From NCBI GenBank assembly GCA_964199315.1, contig OZ116701.1:32178001-32242000 (forward strand): a stretch of DNA of 64,000 nucleotides, read 5' to 3'. This DNA comes from Orbicella franksi (Eukaryota). Both the position numbers and the translations under genes were made by a program. Below are positions 25,223 to 38,457 of the stretch, in pieces. Under the pieces are notes generated by a model, which ran no database searches, was not told the DNA's origin, and saw nothing but the letters and a program-made list of their open reading frames with translations. Positions within the stretch are counted from its first letter, which is position 1. Each line of letters opens with the position of its first letter.

Positions 25223-28200
25223 TTATCCCTCGAGAACTTCTTTAAGACCAGCTTTCATCGTGTCTGCGACAATCCCGTAAACGACAGTCCACGCTTCCTT
25301 AACTTCTGGTGTAAACTTCTCTCCAAGGCCCATGTCAAGCGTGCCCAGTAACGCGGCTCCAACAGGCTGAAAAATAATCAGTAAAAGAAAAATTGAAAAA
25401 TCAATGGGATGCAAAATCAACGAGTGTGTCATGATTTACACGCGAGGAACAGCGTGTTCACTGTTGAGTGGTCAATGGTATGCTGTTCTCGCTTGTTACG
25501 ATAAACGATGAGATAACTTTGGTCAGCGTTAACGTTGTTCAGGTAAAACCGCCCTTAGCGCTACCATAATTTATATTATAAGTGCCATAAGATTATGGGC
25601 ATCAGGTAGCAACTACGAAAAAGCGAAATGGAACACCCTTAGCCGTATCAAGCATGCTTTATATACCCCTTACTAGGTGCTACGAGTCACAGACAATAGA
25701 GACTTGAGCAAACCAGGCCCGGGTTGTTCGAAAGGTTGATAACGCAATCCACCAGATAAATCACTATCCAGCAGATAGCATCGTTTGTTTTGTCAACATG
25801 TATCCACTGGATAGTAATTAATCCGCTGGATAGTGTTATCCAGCCTTCGAACAACTGGGGCCAGGACAGCAACGGCAACGACTGACGTCATCAAAGAAAA
25901 GGTTTAATGAGCAGAACAATTAGTGTGCACGTGCGTTATAAATCTTTGTACATTTCTTTGCCGTCCTCTTCACAACAACAACTTGAAATGCCTACGTTCT
26001 GCGTGTTTTAGAGAACGCGAACGACGACGGCTAATTTTCGTATTTTCATTTGGAATATACCGCTGGCATTACATATCTTGAGCAAGTTCTAAGACCAAAA
26101 GGCGCACTGAACAGATCTAGACAATAGCGAAATTCGAAGGTAAAATATAAATTCTTCTTACTAAGCGTTGTTCTCTCTAATGCTTAACTCTTCCTCACTT
26201 TTAATAAACAGTTTGCAACTCACTCCCGGAACGAGCGAACTACATTGCACCTGGTGCTGAAATAATTTACATTAATTTCGTACCCCAAAGTGATGTTCCT
26301 CAACTTTGTACATGGAATGCCTGGCTCCTAAGTCCTTGAGGGCAGGAACAATAGAGCTCAGATCATTGACAGACGCCACAGCCAAGTTGACATGTTGCAT
26401 GGTTACCAGTCCCTGCCTCTTAAATCGATCGTCGGTTCGCATGGCGTCCTCGGTCGAATTAGCCAAATCTCTAAATGAAAACATCTGTAAAAGTTCCGGA
26501 TTCTCTTTAAATAGCCTGAAAGCAAAGGCGTTGAAATTACAGTCAAACCTGGCCTTGACGCGTTAAGGTGTTTCGTAAATTACCAACTGATGTAGCAGTA
26601 TGAAGACATGATTGATCATCGCAGTTATGTAACCTTTGCAAATGATTTTTACTATGCCAAGTGCCTCAGTAGTCTCTCCAAACAATATTACCAGGCCATC
26701 ACGCCTGTTTCAGATGATTTACCAGCAGTTACGACTCAAACTCAGTAGTAGCGAGGTGAAACAGGTGTGCTTCTAATCCAGAATTGTGGAAAAAAATCTT
26801 CGATGACCAATCATGTCTTTATATCTTTCTCCACAGTTCAAATATGTGATCTGTCATATATTCACTTGATCCATCAGTGCTGGGGACTGGACTGTTGGAC
26901 AGACAACAGAAACGTAGTTAAAGTGCGTGTTAGCTTAAATGATTTGAAGGAAAATTTGAGAAACGTTCCAGAAAAGTCCCAAAACTTCACCGCTCAGATG
27001 GAAAACGTGTAATGTAAAATTCCCTTAGCTTTACTTCAAATTACAATTTTAGTTCGAAGAACAATGTTCTACGACTAATTTTCGCCTCCGGCCTGGAAGC
27101 AACTGTTGGCAAAACTTGAAAATAAAAGGCTTTCATAATATTTACGATTAGCTTTGTCGAGTTTTGTGTTTTACAATCTTGCAGGCAAGATGGAACTACG
27201 GGAAAAAATGAAAAACAGAAAATGAAAAAACCAAAATCAGAGCGTTATCAGTGCCTTAGCCAGAACAAAGTTATGATTCAGGCAATGTCCATGGTTAAAT
27301 TCTCTTCCTAGGTATTTCGCAGGGTTTTACTCTCCCCTAAAACAAACACACACTGGCTACGGCTCCGGTTATCATAGAGCTTTGTGCGCGCACGTTCATT
27401 GGAAAAAACAGTTTGTTTTGAAATAATTTAGTCCTTAGCAACAGACTTTTGTTGGTCCCGCCCGGCATGCGATAAGGGGGAGGAGAAAAGAATTCCACGG
27501 GGAGAAAAAGGATTAATGATATGTATAGCAGAGCTGTATTTTTCATTATTTTTGTCTATTTGTATTTTGATCGTCTCGACATACACTTGAAGCCAACATT
27601 CGCTCTATTCCAGATATTTTTACAACCCTCAGTTTATTAGCACGCGCCTGTTTCACCTCGCCATTAATGAGTTTCAGTCGTAACTACGGGTAAATCATCT
27701 GAAACATGCGTGACGGGCTTAGAGAGATAACTGACGCATTTGACATGGTAAAAATCATTGGCAAAAGTTATGCGGTTCTGACCATAGTTCGTTATTACCA
27801 AACAGGACGTGATCGTAGGAATATTTAGTCAAAAGCAAATCTCAATGCAATGCGTACGGCGAATCTTGAAGATAGAACAACAGTCTCAGAGCCTGCGAAA
27901 AGAAAAGCAACTAATGCGATGCCTGCTCAGTTCAGTAAAGCAACGTATAATTTCTGAACGTTGCTCTTGTTTTAGAGGTCGAGTAACATATGATATGATG
28001 ACTGGCATTTCTGTATATCAAAGTATATGATTTCAAATAGTTAGCCCTGACCTCATTATCTAAACAGATGCGAGAAGTTTCGTTACGAACAACTCGCGGC
28101 CATGTCAAAACAAGAGATGAGTCAATTTTGCAGAACTTTCGGGGCTTACCTTATATAGAACTCGACTCCAACTTGTTCCAGATCTCCATTCACAAGTTTC

Positions 28201-28478
28201 CAAGTATTCTGCACCAAAGAAATCTGTTCTTGAGTTATGGGTCCCTCGACATCTTCGCCTTGTTCCTCCGTCGCTTGCTTATCATCTTCTGTTCCTTGGC
28301 GACCATATCCATCTGCTGGTGCTGTTTCTTCAACTGTTTCTTCAGTTATCTTGCCCTCTGGTTGTTGCCTGTGCTGTTTAGCAGCACTTGTCTCCTTCAG
28401 ACCTGGCGACTGCGTCTGTTCAGCAACAGGCGCCGGTGCGGTCCTGGTCTTGATAGCCTTACTTCCACCACATCCCAT
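25223..28478 (-). CDS. Globin X-like (neuroglobin/cytoglobin-type fold) globin with N-terminal acylation motif, 3 coding exons, 234 aa
   Basis: Exons 28150-28478, 26284-26515, 25223-25366, with introns at the classical globin positions B12.2 and G7.0. N-terminus MGCGGS. Landmarks: A-helix W (QNTW), CD1 Phe (QMF), proximal F8 His (LGARH), H-helix AW..VY. Confidence 0.95.
25713..25865. mobile_element. Short palindromic MITE in globin intron
   Basis: ccaggcccgggttgttcgaaagg...ccttcgaacaactggggccagg TIRs. Confidence 0.8.
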
Positions 28479-28900
28479 CTTGACTCTAAAATTGTAAACA
28501 CGATTCTCTAAAGTCACGGTGCTATTGTGTCCTTATCATCAACTTGGGCATCTGTTTAATGAACATTTTTCAGGTGAACTTGGCCCTCAACGTTAATAAT
28601 TAGCAAACCAAACGACTGAACAGCTAGTCGAGACGTGTTTATTCACGAGATAAATTTAGTAACATGATATTTATATACGTAGCCACAGCATGCAACTGAG
28701 CATCAGATCTTTGCCGCGCGAGGCGCGAACCTCGCGCGCGAAATTTGGGTTGTAGACTAAGCTGCGCGTCTAACAGACAGGAATCTTCTCCTCGCGCACT
28801 CTTAATCCAGGCTATTAATTTTCTAAAAGCATGTTTTGAATAAACAGTTATTAATTTTAACCACCATGAGGCCACTGAGTTAACAAAAAGCCAAAGAGGA

Positions 28901-31900
28901 TAATTTGCTTCTTAGAAATTGTAGCACGATAGCTTACACAATCTTGGACGAAAAAGCTATTTTTACGATAACTGCAGAAATTCTCGCGCGCTCATTGGCT
29001 AATTTTCATTGTCAATATGCGGACAGACACATGGATTCATAATTTATGCGATGCGTCAACGAGCGAGAGCGGACAATTTGACAATTTGTTATCGTAAAAA
29101 ACAAATTGACGTCAGATTTTCAAGCGTCTGTCCTGTTATTGACAATGAATTTCGTCATAACATTGTCAAAGTAGTCTGAGGATCCACTCGGCTATCGCCT
29201 CGTTGATTCACAGCTACTTTGACAATGCTATGATGAAATTAATGATCAATAACAGGACAGACGCATGAAAAACTGGCGTCAATTTGTTAAATAGACCCTT
29301 GCGGATTCATGCCGAAGTTCACCTACAACGGAGCTTTATTTTTCGTTCTCTTCGTGTCTATTAACAAGTTTTGTTTGAAATCTTTAGTTTCGAATAGCAG
29401 CCTCTGTACTCAAAATTAAGGTAGAGATAGCGAAAAATATATCGTATTTAGTATTTTTGTTTTATAACTCGAAATAAATTTCACGCGATAAACAACATTT
29501 GAAGCAGCCAACTAAGTGATTGGGAAAATTAACGCAAAACATTTGACCCACAGGCGAAATATTTTTGGTATACACGAGTACCTAGCCTTCTAAATAAACC
29601 GGTATATTATTTGCAAGCTGATGTGTCTTTTGTTTGAAAAATACGGTGTTCCTGTATATTGACGTTGAAAGACGAAGGGTGATATTAGAAAACTCTCTTC
29701 TGAAACCTAGTGTGCTCATCACTCATGTTTAACATTAGTTTAACATTAGTTTTCGCACTTAACCACCCGAGGTCACGGGCTCAGTATGTTTGTAGACTCT
29801 TCATAGTCCCTTTTTCTGGCTCTTATAGTCAAGCGAAGTTTGTTATACTTATGCGATATTGAAGAGAGGAGAAATTTTCATCTCTAACGAAAACGTACGT
29901 CGCATCCTTGACAACAAATGATGTTGACAAGCACGTCATTAATTATAAAACAGCGAACGTATGTCTAAAATTTATCTTAAAATGCATAAGATTTTTGGAA
30001 AGATATTAAATGAATTTTACTTTCCTATAAAATATCTTGGAATAGTACAAATGTGTATGTACCATGTTGTGTTGGGGTGTATTGCAAATCCGTTAATACG
30101 GTTGGTTCTGATCTACCCAGTACTTTGGTAAGTTGATCATTCGCCGAAAAGCTTTCCGATTAAGACTTGCGCGTATGTGTTTTATAAAAAAAAAAAATCA
30201 GATATCCCTCGTCATTTAGTGTTTTAAAAAGTACGAGATACATTTTTGTGCGAGAAAATTGTTGGTCAGTTAAGAAGCAACTCATTGTTGTTTTCTACGA
30301 GCATTGGTCTACACGGCTTCTCCTCGCGACCTTTCTGTCTCCTCATGCATCGAAAATGCAAACATGCGTTCTCCCGTTAACTGCTTATTAATTGAATTTC
30401 TCTTTACAAATGAAGATATCCATGATCGAAAAACTACTAAGATTGTTCTAAACAACATTGATCCTATCATTGGCTGTAAATATTTGGTTTTCTTATTGAT
30501 ATGTGCAATTGCTTATCGGCTTTCCGTGTGTCAAGTTATTTTATAAGTAACGTATAGAATTTTGAGAAACGAAGGAGAACTTAGTGGTCTCAGGAGAGAA
30601 TTATTCTCTACCATTCGTTAAATGTTGGTCCACCGAATCTTAGCTGTAAGCGTTGTAAATTCTTATTTCAAATATCACTTACTCGCTCTCCATTGAAATC
30701 ACCTTAGCTTGGTTACAGGTTATCGAAGGTTACTGCTTTCCCGTGAGATCTGTATCTGATCTGCAGCTCTCTGTCTTCGAAGAGGTCGTTATTTTCAGGA
30801 TACAAAAAATTGTGGGACACTACAGCGCAGGTCACACTGTTTAGATTTCTACTGAGAACAATTCGCTTCTTAGACATTGTAAGGTAATAGCTTATACAAT
30901 CTCGGACGGAAAAGCTGTAAGTTTATGCCCTTGCGGTTTTCCAACAGAAGTTCGCCTCACAAAGGAGCTCAATTTTGCTTTCTCTCCCTTTCCCTTAACA
31001 AGTTTTGTTTTAAATTAAATCTTAAGTTTAGAATAGCGGCCTCTGTACCCAAAATTGAGATATAGATAGAGAAAAATATATATCGTATTTTTGTTTGTTT
31101 ATGTTTTTTCTTTGTGTTTGTTTTGTTTTTGAAACTCGAAATAAACTACCCGGGATTGACAACATTTGAGTGAAACAGACGGCTAGATTTGAGAAAATGA
31201 ATGCAAAAAAGTTTGACTCACAGGCGAAAATTTGGTGTTTACACTGATTACCTATTAAACTATGTATATTCTTTTGCGAGAAATTTATCCTTTGTTTGAA
31301 AAATAGACGGTGTTCCTGTATATTGACATTGAAAGATGATGAGTGATATGAAAACTCTCTTCTGCAAGCTGAAAGGCGGAGAAACTATAATGAGCCCACA
31401 TGAGTCTAGTTTAACATTAGATTTAACACTTAGGCCCCCGAGGCTATGAGCTCAGTATTTCTGTAGACTCTTCAAAGTCCCTTTTACTGGTTCTTGTAGT
31501 AAAGCAAAGTTTGTTATACATGTGTGACATTAACGATCGAAAGGAAAAATTTTCATCCCTAAGCAACCCGTAAGACCAATCTTTGCTTCAAGGATGGTCG
31601 CATCCTTGACAACAAATGATGCTGACAAGCACGTCATTAAAACAGCGAACGAGTGTCTAATATTTATCTAAAACTGCATAGGATTTTTGGAAATATATTA
31701 AATGAATTTTACTTTCTTATAAAACATCTTACCATGGTGTGTTGGGGTGTATTGCAAATCCGTTAACTGACGATTGGTTCTGATCTACCCGGTACTTTGA
31801 TAAGTTGATCATTCGCTCAAAAGATTCCGATCAAGACTTGCGTGTATGTGGTTTTTTAAAAAACAATATATCCCTCTTCACTTAAATCTAAAAATGACAA

Positions 31901-32520
31901 GAGGTATATTTTTGTGCGTGAAAATTGAAAAAATAGTTTCCTCTTAAAAAGCAACTCACGGTCGTTTTTTACGGCTACACCTCGCGAACGTTCTTCCCCG
32001 TCGTCGAAAGTGCAGACATGCATTCTCCTGTTTTCTGCTTATTAATTGAATTTGCCTTTACAAATGAAGATATCCATGGTCGAAAAACTACTAAGAGTGT
32101 TCTAAGCAACACTGATCCTATAATGGCTGTAAATATTTGGTTTTCTTGTGGATAATGTATTTACAATTGCTTGCACCGTGTGTCAAGTTATTTCATAAGT
32201 AACGTATAGAATTAAGAGAAACGAAGGGGAACTTAGTGGTCTTAGGAGGGAATTATTATCTACCACTCGTTTGATGTTGGTCCACCGAATCACGAGAAAC
32301 TGTTGCTACTTTTCTGTTATCACTTGTTGTAAATTCTTATTACAAATTTCACTTACTCGCTCTCCATTGAAATCACCTTATCTTCGTTACAGGTTATCGA
32401 AGGTTAGCTTTCCGTTGAGATCTGTGTCTGATGTGTAGCTTTCCGCTGTCTTAGAAGAGGTCGTTATTTTCGGGATAGAAAAAAATGTGGGGCACTACAG
32501 CGCAGGTCACACTGCTTAGA
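28901..32520. repeat. Tandem duplication of a ~1.6-kb unit (copies ~28901-30857 and ~30858-32520) upstream of the globin
   Basis: The two units are colinear and clearly homologous (e.g. cacttactcgctctccattgaaatcacctta and cactacagcgcaggtcacactg occur in both). Unit 1 carries an extra insertion at 28957-29294. Confidence 0.9.
28957..29294. mobile_element. Non-autonomous element inserted in unit 1 of the tandem duplication; second copy 48078-48413
   Basis: Absent from unit 2 at the equivalent site; colinear match to 48078-48413 (ctattttacgataact...gcgctcattggc.aattttcattgtcaat...gtcaatttg.taa.tag). Confidence 0.85.
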
Positions 32521-32837
32521 CTTGAGGGCAAAAATGGAAAAAATGGGGTCTCCGGCGAGGTAGACAGAAAATCAATACAAAATTGCGCGCGAGACAGCTC
32601 GCACGATTCGTTTATTCCCGTTTGAAACCGACGATTTCGTCGAAAATTTCACCAAAAGTCCCAATTGTCACTTCATATCTAGCTGGTTTCGGTTTACTGG
32701 GAAAGCTGTTACAGTTTCTCAAGTTTTCGGAACGTTGCCATCCCATTTTTGCATTACAGATTACATAATTATTAGCTCTCGACATTGGAGAGGATTTTAA
32801 GATTAAGAGTCCCTGTCCACAAATATGGAAAATAACT

Positions 32838-35523
32838 CGGCAAGGGTCGAAAATCCGATTTCGCTCATATTCCTATGGTAGATAGGTTAGGGCATGACAA
32901 AAACTACTGGATAGTCTTTTTGACAAAATATCCTTTTATTTCAAAGAAATATGCAAATTACCAAAGTCCGTTAAAATCGTCATTTGACGCACTATTTTAT
33001 AGTTTGAGAGCCTCGCATGCAAAACCACATCATTCTTCCGTCTTTAAAACACTCAAATATTTTTGTGCAATGTTTAGTTGTGTACTGGGTTGATTTTAAG
33101 GAATGTTGCGGTTTTTGTTGGGTGCAAAATAATTAAATTTCGAAGACATGTATTCATTCACTTAAAAGTACTTCGTAAAAATAATTGATTTTCACCATGT
33201 GCGAAACCTTCAAATGGATTAAGCTTCTAGTGGTTGAATCGCAGAAGGATGGTCTACAGATTCCTGTAAAAATTTCTTTGGGCAAATGATTGTGAGCGAC
33301 GCGAGAGCTTTTCAAAGTACGTTAAAAATGCAGATATTTGACCATCCGTCGTCAAATTTCAATCTACGGGTTAGACATATATTTTAGCAAGCGCCACATG
33401 TCTTGAGCTATATTAAGTTGAAATAGACACAGAGCTGATAATTTCGAAATGTTCTAACCTTATTTGCTGTAAAAGGCAGGTCCAAAAGCCGATTTGACGT
33501 GTTTCTGTCACCATTCGTCGCACATAAAGCAGAAGTTTGCTTTTGTTTACACAACGTCCGATGTACATCGCCAACTGTCAACTTATCTAATGGTCGAATA
33601 CCATGAATCTCTGACCCTCTTTCGACACATATGATCACCACTGCATCTGAGTCAAAAACGGCTAAGTGATTTGTAGATAGTTGCTTGCTTTGAACTACAC
33701 CAAAATATTACGTTTGATCATCGTTTGATCTCTTGCTGCTTGAATCCTAGCTTACAGCGGTTCCTTATTTGTTCGTCACGCAATGCTGTCATCCCATTTT
33801 AGGAGGTAGGGGTAGGACAATTTCTAACCTAATACGTAAGGCTCCGTAAGACTCGGAACCAAAGGGAGCACACAATCTTGTTGAGTAGGAAGAGACTAAA
33901 TTAAGCAATGAAAAGAATGAATAGTTAACCATTACCCGTGTTGTTATCTTTTACTAGACAACCGCCACCTACCCGCCCTGCGTAAACACTGTAACGCTAA
34001 ACTCGTACCTAGGTCTTTTCGCGCTGTGCAATTACTTTTGGTTTACATATAATACAGTGGGCTACCCTCGGGGAAATGGGAGGTGGCCGCTTAATAGGGG
34101 TTGGCCGCTTAATAGAGGTTGGTGTGCCTTGAATATTTTTTCACCATCGGGCTATAAATTTAGCTAAATTTCTTAGTAAACATGGAGTCAATTCAAGACA
34201 ATCATTATAGACGTCATCCTCGGAGACGCAGGGCCAGTTATTGGGAGCGGGGAAAAGTCTAAACGGATGAGAAGACCCGTTTACACTTTTTCCTTGCCCC
34301 CACTAACTGCCCCTCGGTCTCCGAGAATGACGGCTATCATGATTGTCTTGAATTGACTCCATGTTTACTAAGAAATTTAGCTAAATTTATAGCCCGGTGG
34401 TGAAAAAATACCAACCTCTATTAAGCGGCCACCTCCCTTCTTTTCATTGCTTAATTTAATCTCTTCCTACTCAACAAGATTGTGTGCTTCCTTTGGTTCC
34501 GAGCCTTACGGAGCCTTACGTATTAGGTTAGAAATTGTCCTACCCCTATCCCCTAAAATGGGATGACAGCATTGCGTGACGAACAAAGAGGGAACCGCTG
34601 CAAGCAAGGATTCAAGCAGCAAGAGATCAAACGATGATCAAACGTAATATTTTGGTGTAGTGCAAAGCAAGCAACTATCTACAAATCACTTAGCCGTTTT
34701 TGACTTAGATGCAGTGGTGATCATATGTGTCGAAAGAGGGTCAGAGATTCATGGTATTCGACCATTAGATAAGTTGACAGTTGGCGATGTACATCGGACG
34801 TTGTGTAAACAAAAGCAAACTTCTGCTTTATGTGCGACGAATGGTGACAGAAACACGTCAAATCGGCTTTTGGACCTGCCTTTTACAGCAAATAAGGTAA
34901 GAACATTTCGAAATTATCAGCTCTGTGTCTATTTCAACTTAATATAGCTCAAGACATGTGGGGCTTGCTAAAATATATGTCTAACCCGTAGATTGAAATT
35001 TGACGACGGATGGTCAAATATCTGCATTTTTAACGTACTTTGAAAAGCTCTCGCGTCGCTCACAATCATTTGCCCAAAGAAATTTTTACAGGAATCTGTA
35101 GACCATCCTTCTGCGATTCAACCACTAGAAGCTTAATCCATTTGAAGGTTTCGCACATGGTGAAAATCAATTATTTTTATGAAGTACTTTTAAGTGAATG
35201 AAATACATGTCTTCGAAATTTAATTATTTTGCACCCAACAAAAACCGCAACATTCCTTAAAATCAACCCAGTACACAACTAAACATTGCACAAAAATATT
35301 TGAGTGTTTTAAAGATGGAAGAATGATGTGGTTTTCCATCCGAGGCTCTCAAACTTGTTAATAAAGTGGTGCGTCAAATGACGATTTTCACGGACTTTGG
35401 TAATTTGCATATTTCTTTGAAATAAAAGGATATTTTGTCAAAAAAACTATCCAGTAGTTTTTGTCATGCCCTAGCCTATGTACCATAGGAATATGAGCGA
35501 AATCGAATTTTCGACCCTTGCCG
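32838..35523. repeat. Large imperfect inverted repeat (palindrome), arms ~32838-34227 and 34317-35523
   Basis: The right arm is the reverse complement of the left with few mismatches. The same 77-aa spurious ORF appears at 33408-33641 (-) and within 34660-34947 (+). The left arm has an extra segment at ~33919-34077. Confidence 0.95.
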
Positions 35524-36994
35524 CGAAATTAAGAATTTGTCTGATTTTTACAGGCAGGCACTCTTAAGCACCTTGATTTTGTCTTGCTCTCGACCAATAG
35601 GCGCCCGAGAATTCCCACAGTACAGTTATAACTAATGGGCTCCTCGTGAAAATAAACAGATGGTGTTAAAGAGGAAAGTACAGGTAAGCAGGTAAAATAG
35701 AAATGTCAAATGCCGGTTTCTTTAATTTGACCCAAGGAACCTTTCAAAAATTCCAAAAATTCGTCAAATTAAATAAATTGTTCTCAGCTCTTTTTTCGCG
35801 CTAAGCTGCGCTCTCCGTCACTTTTTGCATATTTCTAGGCTTGGTAGAAATCTTTAATTATTACCGTTTGCTTGCTGTGATTACTTTTTTGGAAATTCGG
35901 CCTTATTTGCTCTTGGTCTTCTCAAATAGCAGCGTGGGCATGCATGTAAATGATGCGCCTAATGCCTAAAGCAATATTGATCGGCTTATTAATTTAAAGG
36001 CGTTTCTAATTATGTTTCCATGGTAGCCGAGGCGAACTGACAGGAAAATTCACTTTTTGCCTATCAACAGTCCGCTAGATCACTCACTAACATTCCTTGA
36101 TTGTGAATTCTGACACGTCTGGGACAATTTATGGTGAGGTGCAGCAATGAAAAATAATTGGTAAATGCGAGCCTCTGTAGCCGAGGAACGTTTCTTGTTC
36201 AACAGGATCACTAAGAGACTTTTGATTCTAAGAAGTTGTAGAGTTCGAACAAACAGTTTAAAACGAAACAAAACAGTCAAGAAAATTTCATCTGTTTTGT
36301 GCTGAAATCATTCTGGGTCCGGCATAGTGACCTAAAACTGCAAGGTTTAAGGTTGTGACGCCGGCCGTTGCAGAACGAATGCAATATTATCATGGCTCTG
36401 TGCATTATCTTACGAACACGCTGTTCCTGATTTCTTGTATTCATTTAAAAAGGAACTTTTAATTTCAGTTACTGACATTGGATAGCCTGTTTCTACTAAG
36501 GCCTAAAGGATTTCTCAAAACTGGGGTAAAAATGTTTACGTTTTGAACTTACCTTGTAGTTTGAAGTGGTCTTATCTATAGTCAGCCTGACGTGAAGTTA
36601 ATTAAAACTGCTGATCATTCATGATGAACCATGTAGTTAGCGTCTATGGAAAAAACACCCGCAGATAATTATCGACAAGTAGAGACAAAATATTACATTC
36701 GAGATCAAATATCTTGCTACAGCGCCAAAATAGCTCAATTTGTAAAACTGCTGTCAACATGCCCGGCAACAATGCTCAAATTTTGTCAGTGAGTACATAA
36801 CATTTTTTTTGACCCACACAAATATTTTAATTAAGTCTTACATAAACATTATCAAAGTTTTGAGAAGGAAAATTTGACAGCTTTCGAATCAAATCACGTC
36901 AGCGTGTTAAAGACAACAAAAAATTTATGATAGTATTACTCACCAGTTTTCACTCTTGTCCGGTTATGGACGATGTCAGAACCGAAGCGGAATT

Positions 36995-37533
36995 TTTTGA
37001 CTTTCCACGTCGAAAAACCTGAGTGACTTAAAGGTTTAGAGAAATAGACGGAGTCTTTAAGAGCGGTGGAAGTAAGCATATAACTTTAGCTCAAATCCAG
37101 ATCAGAAGTTCCGAAACTTTGCCGGAACATAAGTTACTACACCTTGACCACTTAGGTATTTACGTTATAACTTTTACTGTCAAGAAATTTGCATGAAGCA
37201 AAATAAAATCTACGCTTGTTAATGACAGAAAAATCTTCTTTATGACAATATTAATTACAGTTCCACCCTTGTTTGGCTGTAGTCGATGCGGATTGAATTG
37301 TTTGACTTTGCACCCCGAAAAAACCCGAGCGACCTAAAGGTCTAAACAATTAAATTAGACGGGGTCTTAAAAGGGACTTGCATAAGCGGGGAAGGCAAGC
37401 ATAGCTTAAAGCTTAAAATCCAGATCAGTTGTACAAGTGAGCATAAGTTATTACTCCGTGGCCACTTTGGTATTTACATTTCACAAATAACCTTTACTGT
37501 CAAGGAATTTGCATGAAAACAAAGCTACGCTTG
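36995..37533. repeat. Degenerate tandem duplication (~36995-37220 and ~37303-37533)
   Basis: Colinear shared blocks aaatccagatcag, cataagtta, ccactt.ggtattta, tttactgtcaag.aatttgcatgaa, ctacgcttgtt. Confidence 0.75.
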
Positions 37534-38457
37534 TTCTCGGTTAATTTAAGCATTGCCCTTTTCTGACCTGTTAGTGTTTATTTCCGCTATTGTCTCGAGC
37601 GCGTCTAACTCATCAGTTTTTAAATCAATTATTTATCTTGACCACCTTTCAGCTCTCTTGTCTGTTTGTAAGAGGGGCTGAGCACTCAGCCAATGACACG
37701 CGACAGTCTCATGACTTCAAAGATGACTTCAGGGCCTCTTCAAAGGCCGGATCGGCGAAACCGAAAACCACGCTATAGCAATCCAACGCGGCCTAAGGGT
37801 CAAATGACAACTTTCTGTGCATTGGACAATGCACCTCCATTCCACTCCCCACCCCCGAGAGCAGAAGCAGAGAGAGTAGAATTTCAATTCCCCGATTTTC
37901 ATAGGGAAGATATTAATTTAAACGAAACAACATACATAGCCCGGGGGGTACTGTGTCAATCTTTGGGTGTTGCTGTGCCGCTGGGACACTGTAACCCGTA
38001 TACCCCACACTAGATCATGATCAGCTTGATTTTGCAACCCCATTCTAGACTTCCCTTACCCTATCCCAGACTAGCTATTTTTCAGGCAGAAACGTTATCA
38101 CCATCGTAGTCCAACATACACTTAAGCTCACTAACTAAACCAGTATCCTTCCGAGTTTTAATTACTATTGTAGTACGTACCCCGGATAAAGAGGACTGCT
38201 AGACTACTGATTTCCCTGCAAATTATACCCTATTCCAGATTAAAACTGTCTGATTTTTATACCCTATCCCAGACTACGTTATTTGGGATCAAAATAGTTG
38301 AAATGTAAACTCTATTTCAGATCAAAACGGTTAAAAACCACGCCCTTTTTCGACGACTCATCTTATCTACCCTAGTACATCTTAAGTAACTTGTATGAAA
38401 GAGTACCCCTTACCGAGCAAGAAAGAAAAAATCAAATTCAAACAAATTACGTTTTTG

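Noticed and set aside
33408-34947. Identical 77-aa ORF present twice, suggesting a conserved gene
   Set aside because: The identity simply reflects the two arms of the palindrome; no splice support or homology.
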